64,000 nucleotides of DNA. Origin: the human T2T-CHM13v2.0 reference genome, Homo sapiens. Positions 1-11,570 of this stretch are shown in pieces (position 1 is the stretch's first letter; the number at the start of each line of letters is the position of its first letter). The stretch lies in the NCBI RefSeq assembly GCF_009914755.1, contig NC_060934.1, one strand, 5' to 3'. Both the position numbers and the translations under genes were made by a program. The notes beneath the pieces were generated by a model that saw only the letters and a list, made by a program, of their open reading frames with translations, was not told where the DNA came from and ran no database searches.

Positions 1-1437
1 TGTTGAACAAATACTGACATGTAAAGGGAGTTTCACTCTATGTCTTTGTGAAGGAGGACCTTAAAGAGATTTTTTTTCTGTATTATACGTTGATACAGTA
101 CACTGCCAGGTGAAACAAGAGCCTTAATAAAGCATGCATCGCCCACACCCCTGTATGAGACCCCCACAGAAGGGATCGCTTGCGTAAGGCACCATTATGA
201 AGGTCAACAGTGCATTAACAGCTAGAAAACCAGAAATTAGTCCTCAAGGCATAAATAAGAGAAACATAGCTGCATGAGAAAACAGTTTCTAAGCGTTAGT
301 GGTTTTATCCACCCAACTGAGAAAAATTTTAGGTTCTTAAGTCTAATGAAACATTAGACCAGCAATTCCCAGCCCCAGCTTTGTGACACTCAATACGTGT
401 CCAATTTCTTCTAAGGGCATCACAGAATTCTCCAAAAAGTTAATTCAAATTCAGAATCATTTAAAAATAATCCTGTGTTGCACAATGCCTTTCCGGAAGG
501 GGAGTGTTACAAACTTGGAGGGGAAAAAAAATTGTATATTGCCAGGCCCGGATGGCTAGGGGGTCACTGTATTAGACAGATTGGATCTTAGCTGCTCATT
601 AACTGGAATCAGTATTGCAGTCCTGACTTAAAAATGGAAAAGCATATAGTTCCCCAGACCATGCATGACTTTTTGTATTCTAAGGAAAAGTTAAATTGTT
701 GTGTTATATTTGTAAATACACAGCTTATACAATGGGTTACAAATGAGCTATGTTGTAGCGTGTAAAACAAGCTACTTGACACATTGCACATTTAATAGCT
801 GCACCAGACACTAAGAGTTCCTCTCACACAGAAAAGGGGGAGAGAGGCTCTCCCTCCCCACACCACTCGCCACTCTGGGGTCCTGAGTTCCCACGCCCAC
901 CCTCCAAGATTTTCCTTCTTTTTTTGTTTTTGTTTTTTTGTTTTTTTGATTTTTCTTTTTTTTTCTAAGGTGCAGACACCCCCTCCCCCCAAGGAAATGA
1001 TTGGTGGTCATCTCATCTCATGGTATACTCCTTACACACAAAACATTCAAACTACTTTTTTTCCATCTCTTGCAGTCTTGCTAACCACAAGGAAAAAAAG
1101 TTGGCCTCATCATACGGTCAGTAATAGATCCTCAACATACAATCAACCCAACCATTAGCATTCTCAGTGTGCATGCTCACGGCAAAGGCTTAGGCGCCGC
1201 TCGGAAGGGCGGGTACCAGTGGCGAGTCCAGGGTCACCCACATACCATGCACCACGGGTGCTATGCCACTTCTTACAGGACCTTTTTAGCCCTCAAAAGA
1301 CCTTCCAAGGAGAGGCCCTGGAGGCAACTGGGTAGGGTGCAGAACGGCATGCTTTGGCTGGAACACGCATCCCTCCTTCCACGGCCGGCTCTCAGCCTGG
1401 AAGCCTTTTAGCCTACAGGATCCACCTCTCTGCTCCC
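1..1437 (-). other. KLF6: KLF6 3' UTR (probably continues beyond window start)
   Basis: Follows the stop codon in the last exon; repeat-free and rich in miRNA seed matches; ATTAAA at 796-791. Confidence 0.85.
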
Positions 1438-1489
1438 TCAGAGGTGCCTCTTCATGTGCAGGGCCAGGTGGTCAGACCTGGAAAAACAC
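1438..1489 (-). CDS. KLF6: KLF6 coding exon 4 (end of zinc finger 3: RCFSRSDHLALHMKRHL-stop)
   Basis: Acceptor TTGCAG|G at 1490/1489; TGA at 1440-1438; exon sum 102+574+124+52=852 nt = 283 aa. Confidence 0.99.
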
Positions 1490-1937
1490 CTGCAAGGGCA
1501 AATCAGAAGCACAGAAGAAGTTAGGTTCCCATCCCTTGCCAGTGTTCTGGACCAGCGCCCTCACCTCCCTGCCCTGCCCAGCCTAACCCCCTGCAGGGAA
1601 AGGTGGGATTCTCCTCCCAAGCCTCATCAGTGTCTTCAGGGACAGGAGATACCAACTGATAGGAATGTGAATTAAGAATGTCCCCCACCAGTGGCTGGAG
1701 GTTCTTTGGAGAATCTGAACGGACTTCATTTCTAATTCTTCAAATATGAAAACTGTTGAAAGGCCAATCTCCAAACATATCAATAAACTGACTCCAATGT
1801 CAGGTGTATGTGGAACAGTTCTTCCTAACCATGGACAATGAGCACACCAGAAACTTTCTAAAAAGTCCCAGGCTTGAAAAGAAATGTTCACACATAGGAA
1901 ACTGCATGCCTTCCTTCGAATGTGCCCTGCACACCTA

Positions 1938-2192
<255 letters not shown>

Positions 2193-3534
2193 TCAACAAC
2201 ACACACAGTGGTGGGATGCAAGGCCAGGGACCCAGTGGCTTCTGGCATCGGTAACACACAACAACTGGCAGCCTCAGAGAGACAACAGCAGCTCTCTCCT
2301 GACCCAGTCTCAGGCCTCCCACTGCTGTCCAAGGGACACAGCTTCAGCCAAGCCCATGGTGCTGTCATCAAAGTTAACGTGGAAGAACGACCACGACTCA
2401 GACCAGCAAAATGCTTGCGGGATGAGGTGTCAGCCTGCCGGACCCACAGCCCCGGCAAAGGCAGAGCTATTGCTTTCTTCATGGCAACTGTTTCTCCCAA
2501 ACACACTTCTGTTCCATCCTCACTTCCCTATGGAATGTGCCTCTGCAGTTTCCTCAGGGACGTTCTACCTTTCTACAAAGCTGAAGTTACGAGCTTCTGG
2601 AAAGCCCCAGTACAGGGCCCCGGAATCATTCTCTAAATGGCAATTGAACAACTGGGTTCACTTCATTCCTTGGTCAAATCATAAATATGAATTTACTACA
2701 AGTGCTACCTGAGAAAACAAAGTTGTCAAGCCAATCTCAGGGTATGTTGAGACAGGCCTGGGCCTGGATATTGGGCCACCCGGATCTCAATCTCAGCTGT
2801 CACCAAGCCTGTCTGGGACTGACTCTCAGCAATTTGCTCTCCTACTGATAAGAGCCTGCATCACGTGATCACTAAGACCCTTCCCAGTTCTAAATGTTCT
2901 GTGATTCCTCACCAATTATCCTAGAACATGTCAAGGTATTTTTAAATGGCACTTTCACCTAGGTATGGCATTTCATTAAGAAACTGTTTCAAGCGGTATC
3001 AGAAACAAAGGCTGCATGAGACACGGAGAAGTTCTCAGGAAACACTCGCTGATCAATGCTGCTGCTTACAGAGCAGGCCGGTCCCACTCGGGCCTCGGGC
3101 CGTCAGCATCAAACCCACACACTCCACGCTGCCCAGCAACCCTCTGTCCTGACCCTTGAGTTTCATTTAGGAAACCCCAGGGCCGCTCGAGGTAGCCTCG
3201 TGCGAGTGCACTGGTGAAGGGGCAGTGGCCTCGGATCCCCAGCACTACTAAGGGGTGGGGGGTGGAGGTTTGGGTGTCCGTGGAGAAAAGGATCTAGTCT
3301 CTTGTTTGTTTAATCTGAAAATTGTTACACATTTATCCAACTCAAAAGTCCAGTCTTTAGGATTCTACTCTGAACTCCAAAAAGACCTAATGCTTTGGTG
3401 GAAAACATCTGAGGAAGTGAGGATTTGTCTGCCCTGACCACATCCTGTGCAGCCAGGCCCGGCTCCCTCCAGGGCTGGTGCAATGCAGTGGCGCCCACCA
3501 GCGGCCGCCCTCCGGGGCCCGCGTGGGCACTGAC

Positions 3535-4108
3535 CTGTGTGCGTCCGCTGGTGTGCTTTCAAGTGGGAGCTTTTGGTGTAAACTTTCCTGCAGCCGTTAA
3601 AGTGGCACCGGTGCACCCTCCTCCTGCCGTCGGGGGAGGCATCGCCATTTCCCTTGTCACCTGGCTTCCCCGAAGTCCCGCTGCGCACCTTCCCTGGCGA
3701 GGGCAGCTCCCCGGGCACGCAACCCCACAGTTGAGAAGGTTCCCTGCTCAGTTCCGGAGAAGATGGAGGCGTGGAGGTGACAGAGGAGCTCAATTTTCCC
3801 GAGCTGACCAAAACTTCGCCAATGGGGTCGGAGGTAAACTTGGCCGTGGGAGAAAGTTCCTCGGAGCTGTCAGAGGATTCGCTGCTGACATCTGAGTTCA
3901 GGCTGTTGGTCTCTAAGTTGTAACAAAAGCTCGGGCTGATGAGAGTGTCCTCTGGAGGACTGGAAGATATCTTCAGTTCGGATTCCTCCTTTTTCTCCCG
4001 AGCCAGAATGATTTTGGTCCACAGATCTTCCTGGCTGTCAAATTTGATTTCTGAGGCTGAAACATAGCAGGGCTCGCTCTGGAGGTAACGTTCCAGCTCT
4101 AGGCAGGT
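3535..4108 (-). CDS. KLF6: KLF6 coding exon 2 (574 nt; Ser/Thr-rich region, basic NLS region, zinc finger 1)
   Basis: Acceptor TTTTGCACAG|ACC at 4109/4108; [10 protein letters not shown]...[24 protein letters not shown]; donor ACAG|GTCAGT at 3535/3534. Confidence 0.99.
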
Positions 4109-4959
4109 CTGTGCAAAATGAACCAGAGAAGGCACGTGATTGCCATGACGACCAAAAGTAAAAGCAAAAGCAATTTCCAAAAACATGCAAGAATGAAGGA
4201 CAGATAACATTGCTGCCCGGTCACTACAGGGGCAAAACCTTTTGTAATTAAGCATCCGTGTCCTTACGGAAGTTAGAGGAAATCTGTTTCTAGAATGGTA
4301 AGAATTCAGAGGAAAAGTCGGAGGGTGAAACCTCTCCTGGCTTTCCCAATGTTGGGCCAAGGGCCACAATGAGTGATGATCACTAAGCCGGTTTTTTTGT
4401 TGTAGTTACCAGTGTTGATGTTTCTCATGAAACCAGAGGAAGAGAACCGGCCCCATACACATACTCCTCCCCAACAGGTTCAACCAGATTATCTGACATT
4501 GTCAAGAACCATGTGTTTTAAGGAAAGCCCCAGCCATCCACCCTTCACACTCCACAGATACCCACACAGGACAGAAAGACTGCACGGCACACAGCGTGTT
4601 CTGAGGGACCCCCTTGGGGACACGGCTGACAACACAGGGCCACACTCGGGGGAGAGGAGACAGCAGCTGTCTGTATTCAGGGGCATCGAATGGAGCTGCA
4701 GAAAAACCACCCATTTCCTGTGTAGCCCAGACCGCCTATGTTTTCACAGAATGCCGTTCCCAAGTGCAGGCCCTTGCATGACACAGAACTTTAATTACTT
4801 CTACAGTGGTCAGAGAAAAACAAGGAACTTCAACAACAGGAGTGCAGAAATAATTCCAGCATGGCCATCTGCTATTGTGAAGGGTGCAAGGGGAAATTAC
4901 TCCACGGCCCTGCTGGGAGTCCCACAATGAACAAGAACTTTATCTACTGGCCAAGAGTA

Positions 4960-5340
4960 CAACTGCATGAGTCATCACTCTGATTTCTTTCACGCAATGC
5001 CAAAGGAGACTTCCTTTTGAAATTCTCATCAGCAGCCAAATAAGGACCCAGCTCAAATGGACATGCAGTGTGGCATGGACAGTACCCCTTCCCCAGCCCC
5101 GCAACCAACCTTTCAAGAAGCTACAACTGCCGAGATCAGCATCCCCTCTCCCCACCATTTCAAACTTTCTAGCCACTGGAAAAGAAAAATGGTAGGAAAC
5201 ATTTTAGGATTAAATTATGTCTGCCCTGATTTTCACGAGGATCAGCTGCCTGCATGTCCATATAAGGTTGTCTATACTACTGGCAATTCTACAGATTTCA
5301 GTTTCTACACCAAACGGCTCTGGTGAGCACGTCATTTTTC
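4960..5340. promoter_or_regulatory. Candidate intron-1 enhancer: two perfect CArG boxes, AP-1 and CRE-like site
   Basis: CCAAATAAGG 5036-5045, CCATATAAGG 5258-5267, TGAGTCA 4968-4974, CACGTCA near 5328. Confidence 0.6.
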
Positions 5341-6806
5341 CGGGCAGGGACCTTCCTGAGCGCAGCCTACCCCAGGGGCTCAGGCTGACTTAGCAGTGTG
5401 CCTCTCTCCTGCCACAGGCAATCCCTCCCCCTCCCCAGGCTCGCACACAGCCGGTGGGAGCAAGCACACGGGAGAATCATGCTTTCCCCTTTCCCCCGAA
5501 ACCAGGCGTCTGAGTTACAATGCACACTACAGCGTTCTGAAGAGAGGCAGCAGCGATGTATTTTATTGATTTAACAAAGAAAAAAGAAAAGCACATTTAT
5601 GGAGATCTTGTTAAACTTTAATAATCCGGCCAATTTAAAATCTCCATTACGCTGATGAGCACCCGGGACCTGAACGAAGCTCTCGGAGAGTTTAAAAGCC
5701 TCCAAAGGCGACCAAGAGCCAGGTCTGGCCGTTTGCCCAAATCCCAAACGCCCGAAGGAAACTACTTAGATCAATTTCAATCACGTCCCAGGGAGCAGCT
5801 TCTTTGAGGAGGAAAAAAACAGGAGGGGGAGGGGGAAAAGGCAGGAGAGGACTGTGAACAATTAAGCAGGCGTGTGAAGGTTGCAACACCCTGCATTTCA
5901 TCTTCCTTAAAGCTTTCGAGGCTTGGAAACCCACAGCCTCTATTTGATCTGGCAATTCACTTTGTGACGAAAAACAAACAGCACAGCAGGGCAGGGAGAC
6001 AACAGTAAACCCTCCTGCGATCGCTGGAGAGACAATGGGAGGAGTGTCAGTCTCTCTCCCCTCGGGCGATGCTACCTATAAGCACGGGGACCTGGTAAGT
6101 TTCTTAAATTTCCAATGCCCCCAAATTCCAGTTCTACGACAATGTCGGAAACCGAGGTCCTTCTTTCCAAACTAAGACTTGAAGCAGTTTGGACGGGCTC
6201 ATTGTCACAAGACTGACAAGTCACTGGGGTGTACACAGTTTTATTTTTATTTTTCTTGGTCAACAAGAGAAGCAGGGAAGACAAATAAGGCAGATCTAGG
6301 GGAAATGTTAGGCATTCCAAAGAGCAGAAAACACATTGGAAATGGTCTACAGTTTAAAAAAGACAAAAATAAAAGAGAGCTGGTCTACGTTCTGGGGGCA
6401 AAATGTGATTTTTTTAAAAAACTGTTAAGTACAAGCACCAAGAAACAAAACAAAAACAAAATCCGTTAAAAAAAAACAACAAAAAACAAACAAACAAAAA
6501 AAAAACACCTTGGCAGGCAGAGCAAGTTGGTCCCCATGACAAGCTCCAGCTGTGGCGTCTGGAGCGGGGACAGGCTCCGAACTCGTGCCAGGGGCTCGGC
6601 CGGGCTGTGCCGGGAGTTGGGGCTTCCCTGGGCGGACGCTGATCGCAGCCTGGAGGATCGATCGGCGGGGGCGCTGCGCCCGCTCCCCCGGTGACAGCGC
6701 GGGGCCCAGGCCCAGCGGACCGCAGAGAGCACCGGGTCTGAACCCCAAACAGCCGACCCGGCCCGCGCCCCGGCGCCCGCAGGGAACCGCGGCCGGCTGC
6801 GTTTAC

Positions 6807-6908
6807 CTGTTGCCAGTACTCCTCCAGAGACGGCAGCGCCGAGAAGTAGCCGGTCTCGTGCACGATCTGGAGCTCCTGGAAGATGCTGCACATGGGGAGC
6901 ACGTCCAT
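6807..6908 (-). CDS. KLF6: KLF6 coding exon 1 ([34 protein letters not shown], 34 codons)
   Basis: ATG at 6908 in strong Kozak context (GACATGG); KLF6/7-type acidic N-terminus; ends at donor CAG|GTAAAC (intron starts 6806). Confidence 0.99.
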
Positions 6909-7175
6909 GTCGGGCCGGGTTGGACGGAGCCCGCGGTCGCGAGGGCGGCGAGGCGCGCGGTGGGAGCCGGAGCCGAAAGTCTCCCCGGAGCGCAGGTGAA
7001 AGTTTCATGCAAACTCCAGGCTCGCAGAGACGCCCGGCCGGACCCTCCCGCAGCCCGCAGCGCGCGGAGCCCACACAATATTTGCAAACACCGGACTGAC
7101 TGCAAACGTAACCCCTGCAAAACTTCCCTATTCAAAGCTCCGCTGCCAGCCTCCCCCTCCGCCCCCGCCTGGCTC
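6909..7175 (-). other. KLF6: KLF6 5' UTR / TSS zone (TSS approximate, ~7100-7175)
   Basis: Lies between the promoter motif cluster and the ATG; Inr-like TTTGCAGTCAGTCC near 7100. The exact TSS cannot be read from sequence. Confidence 0.65.
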
Positions 7176-7402
7176 CCCCCACTCCCCCTCCCCCCACGTG
7201 ACTCGCCCCGCGCCCGCCCCGTGCGCGGCCCAATCCCGTGGCTCCCGGCCCGGGGGCTGCGCGCCGATGATGTCAGCTCCGGCCAATCGCAGGCGGCGAC
7301 ACACAGCGGCCCCGCCTGGCGTGACCGAGACTCTCCATCACGGCCCGCACCATTGGCTCAATTCGAACTCTGCTCGTTCTGATTGGAAAGTGGCCTCGCA
7401 GG

Positions 7403-7412
7403 CTATTTTTAG
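7403..7412. promoter_or_regulatory. MEF2 binding site CTATTTTTAG
   Basis: Perfect YTA(W)4TAR consensus inside an otherwise GC-rich promoter; KLF6 is a known MEF2 target. Confidence 0.8.
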
Positions 7413-7701
7413 CAGGGTATATAAGGCGCGGGCGGCCGCGCGCCGGAGGAGTCCGCGCTGTGAGGTGCGCGGCCGAGCCCTGCACTGCGCCCGCGGCCGG
7501 AGCTAAGGGAGCCGGGGCTGGGAGAGCCGGGGCGGGCCGCGTCGCCTGTCCCCAGTCCCGGTCTCTCTTCCCCGCTGCCCGGTCCCGCCACCCCACGCCC
7601 GTCCCGGTCACCAAGCCGGGCCCTGTCGCCGCGCGAGCCCCGGTTCCGGCAGCTCACCCTGCGGGCGGCCGTCCGGTCCCGGGGCCGCCCGGTTCCCCCC
7701 C

Positions 7702-7827
7702 GTCCCCTTCTATGCCCGAGGCCGCCCCGTCCCCAACTGTCCCCTTCTACGCCGGGGGCTTCCCGGTCGCCAACTGTCCCCTTCTATGCCCGGGGCCGCC
7801 CCGTCCCCAACTGTCCTCTTCTGCGCC
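7702..7827. repeat. 37-bp GC-rich minisatellite, ~3.4 copies
   Basis: Unit GTCCCCTTCTATGCCCG(A/G)GGCCGCCCCGTCCCCAACT starts at 7702, 7739, 7776 and 7813 (partial). Confidence 0.85.
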
Positions 7828-10511
7828 GCTCTGTTTCCCTACATCCCCCTAGTCATCCTCTGTTCTCTAACCTTGGGGTACCCCTCTCTGTCCTCCTCCA
7901 CCTCCGGGTCCCTCTCTGTCCCCCTCCATCCCTGAGCCCGTCTCCGTCCCCCTCCAGTCCTAGGGTCCCCTCTGTCCTCCGGACCACCAGAGTGGGGGAG
8001 GGGAGCACGCAGGCTCCCCTTGGAATTGGGAGAAACGTGTTTATCTTGTAGAGGGCGATCTTAGCCCTCACCAAGGTTAACAGCTAGGTTTTCCCATGAA
8101 CGTGTAAACAATTTAGGTGCAAGCCGACATTTAGTGTGTGTGTTTTTTTCCATATAAATTATCTCCTAAAATATACCGTAATGTTCATTTTTAAGAAAAA
8201 TGTCGAGACTCGAACCAGAGCATTTTAAAATCCAAAATGGAAAACTGAATTGTAACTGTATTATAGTTTTTGTTTCAAAATAGTTTAATGAACATTAAAC
8301 ATTTTGAAAGAATGGACTATGTAAAAAAAAATTAGAGGGTTTTGTATGTTAAGTTTTAGAGGGTCCGGCAGAAGCATGTGGCTGTAAGACTAGGTGGGGA
8401 CCTTAGTGAGTCTGGAGTGGAGAAAGGAGGTTTGTCTTGTACCTGCGGTATGTGGGCGGTGAAGGTTATGCAGAGTGAATTGACAGTGTTCTTGGCTCGT
8501 GTTCATCACATTTACCCCAGCAACTGAGAGCCAGGACCAGCCCTTCTTGGGGACCTGCACCTTAACTCTGTTTCCAGGAATGCAAATGGCTTTGTTTTGA
8601 ACCATCCACAGATTTGCCCAAGCGCCCATTGACCGGGGCCCAGTGACTGGCAGCCGAGAGCATCTGGGCAGCCGTTGTGTTGGGGGCAGGGTTCTCTCAG
8701 TAATTAGCGCTTGTGACCTTGGCCCCGCTAGTTCCTAAGTAAGCAGGAGTGTGGAGCAAGTCCCCCGCTGAGGGCCAGGCACGCTGGATCAGGGGGAGCC
8801 CGAGATGAAGGGGGAAGGCTCTGTCTGGGCCAGGGAGGACAGGACGGCTGTCTTTGCAAGGCGTGTGGGCGTCCTGGTGAGGGTGTCCCATTTTATCTTT
8901 GGGACAATTAATTATTGTCTTAATGTTTTTTAATAAATCCACATTCCTATAGAACTTAAATTCATCCTTGTCTCTTAACATGCTTTGCCCGGCACTATGA
9001 AGATTATATAGTTTATTTTTACAAGAGGGAACCTGATTAGTCATAATGCAGATACAGTACAATGGCCATTGTCATTTTCAGAAAAAAAAAAGATTTGAAA
9101 ACAGGGTACATATGAACACTAAATTTCAAATAGAATAGATCCTATGGCATCCTGCTGCGCTCATTGACCATTGAACACACATTACTCACACCCTATGAAT
9201 GGCCAGGTATTGGTACACAGAAATTTACAAAACAGGCACAAATCCCTATTACGGTGTGGGAGAGGTGGGCTGCCAGGAGTATGTAGATGTTTGAAAACAA
9301 AAGTCCTTATTACGAGTAAGCATGTAACCAGTTGGTGAAAAAATATCATTTTCTTTGATGTGACAAAGAATATGCATCGCATCTGAACACTAATAGTTGC
9401 GCCTGATTTTTTTAAGAAGAGCAACAAAGAATCGTAGAGGGCCAGATTAATTCAGAAGGGGGAAGTATGGCAGGATATAAAAAGATGATGGATTTTACAC
9501 TTTAGTTGTCCATGCTGTGCGCATGGCCCTGGTCACGTTATTTAAATAGGAGATTAAAATGACTATTAGAATGAGTTTAGTATAATCAGAAGAGTTAATG
9601 GATTAAAATTCCTGCTTGGTAGCAAATAGTAGTGATTCAATAAATTGAAGGCAGTGTTCACTTATTCACCATTTAGCCATTTGTAAGTTTGCTCTTGGTA
9701 ATTATTTTATAATCCCCCACCCTTCTTTTAACATATGAGTGAATGCAGACAGAAAAATGAAGTCAACTTTGCAGGCCACAAAGCAAATCAGAGACAAGAG
9801 TTGGACCTCGACTTGTCCAATAACCCCACAGGTGCTTCCTTCTCCTGCCGGTCGCTGAAGAGCCCTGCTCTGTTTTCACTCTCGCAGTCTTGGAGAGAAA
9901 ATAATCAGCTCCATTTGTTGGACGTGACCCTTGTTCTCTGCTCACCTTGAGCCACTCCTGTCTCTGCCACTATCTTCAAAAGGTCAAGATCCCTTCTGGG
10001 TGACAGTCGTAGGCTCCTTTCGACGTTCCTGGGGGCCACTTCACCCCCCTGGCACCCCGCTGTTACTTCCTCAGTCCCCACTTAGGCCTCCATGCCCTCC
10101 TCCACTGTTTTTCTTCTCCTCTTAGACCTCCAGGCTGTGCTCATTTATTTCATACCAGGAAGCTCTCTTTGTTGCCTCTCAAAAATAAAAGTATACATTT
10201 GAAACCTAATTTTAAATTTAATTTAAAGATTAATGGGATGACATGTTGGTATTGAGTACATTTGATCTTCCTGTTCTAGATCATTCAAGACGGGCTCTTG
10301 GGGGAAGTCTTACAAATCTGTTCTGAGGATAATTCCAATAATGCCCCCTAATTATATTGACAGAGAATGCTCCAATTTTGGGGCAAGAAGCCAATTTTGT
10401 TGTTCTGTTTTGTTTTGGTTTTGGTGTCTGTACCAATATATTGCCTGTTTTGGAGCAAACTACCCTTTTATTTCATCTGTTTATTTTGGGTGTGCAAAAT
10501 ATAATTGTTAA

Positions 10512-10859
<348 letters not shown>

Positions 10860-11299
10860 TGATGTTCATTTCTCAATTATCTCATTTGCAGATAGTTCTA
10901 TCTAAATAGTGAGTTGCCTTTTCTCTCCCTAGCGTTTTTACATAACATGTAAGGTGTAGTAGATTCACTTTTTAACCATTTTTGCTTAGAATAATGAAGG
11001 AAAATGCCCTATTGATAGTTTTCAAAAGATGTTGAATTTTACTGTCAACATAGGCAAGGTAATAAGTACAATGACAGGATACCTCTGGGGCATTGGTCGG
11101 GGAGAACTTCTGTCTATCTAAGACCTTTGTTTTAGTAGCCCTCTTTTAAAATATAATTGTAAAATGGGACAGCTGTAAAGCTCAGTTCACAATAGGGCCT
11201 CCAGAAGGAGCTCCCTGTGAAATATCCACAGGTACAAGCTATACCACGTGTGTGGTTAAGATACCCATTCTTTACAAGGTGGTCTGTGCATTCCACACA

Positions 11300-11570
11300 C
11301 TTCCCATCAAAATCTCAGCAGGCTTTTTTGTTGAAGTTGTCCTGCTGATTTAAAAATGTATAGGAAATGCTGAAGAGAGCTATACCTAAACCAGTCCTGA
11401 AGGTTGAAAGTTTTATATTATGTGTTTCAAGACTTAAAGCAAAATTGAACGTGATTGTGTGACATTGGCTTTGATACAGTTAAATCAATATAACAGAATA
11501 TAGAGCTCAGAAATACCATCATTCTTATACACTTTTAAAAAAAAATTTTCAAAAAGGTACTAAACCTATC
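11300..11570 (+). mobile_element. Old L1 (L1M) ORF2 fragment, 5' part of an interrupted element
   Basis: CATCAAAATCTCAGCAGGCTTTTTTG...AACAGAATATAGAGCTCAGAAATA resembles the L1 ORF2 3' region. Confidence 0.6.

Larger units (their letters stand above)
6550..7830. promoter_or_regulatory. KLF6: CpG island / KLF6 promoter
   Basis: Very GC- and CpG-rich. GC boxes; E-box CACGTGAC 7195-7202; CCAAT boxes at 7230, 7283, 7352 (rev), 7382 (rev); CRE-like TGATGTCA 7268-7275. Confidence 0.93.

Noticed and set aside
126-131. AATAAA as KLF6 poly(A) signal
   Set aside because: On the plus strand, opposite to KLF6 transcription.
6414-6806. 164-aa ORF 6414..6908 as a standalone protein
   Set aside because: It is KLF6 exon 1 read through the strong GTAAAC donor into intron 1; the tail is low-complexity.
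6552-7852. Long plus-strand ORFs (276, 102 and 130 aa) over the promoter
   Set aside because: Stop-poor GC-rich CpG island; Pro/Arg/Ala-biased with no domain; non-ATG starts.
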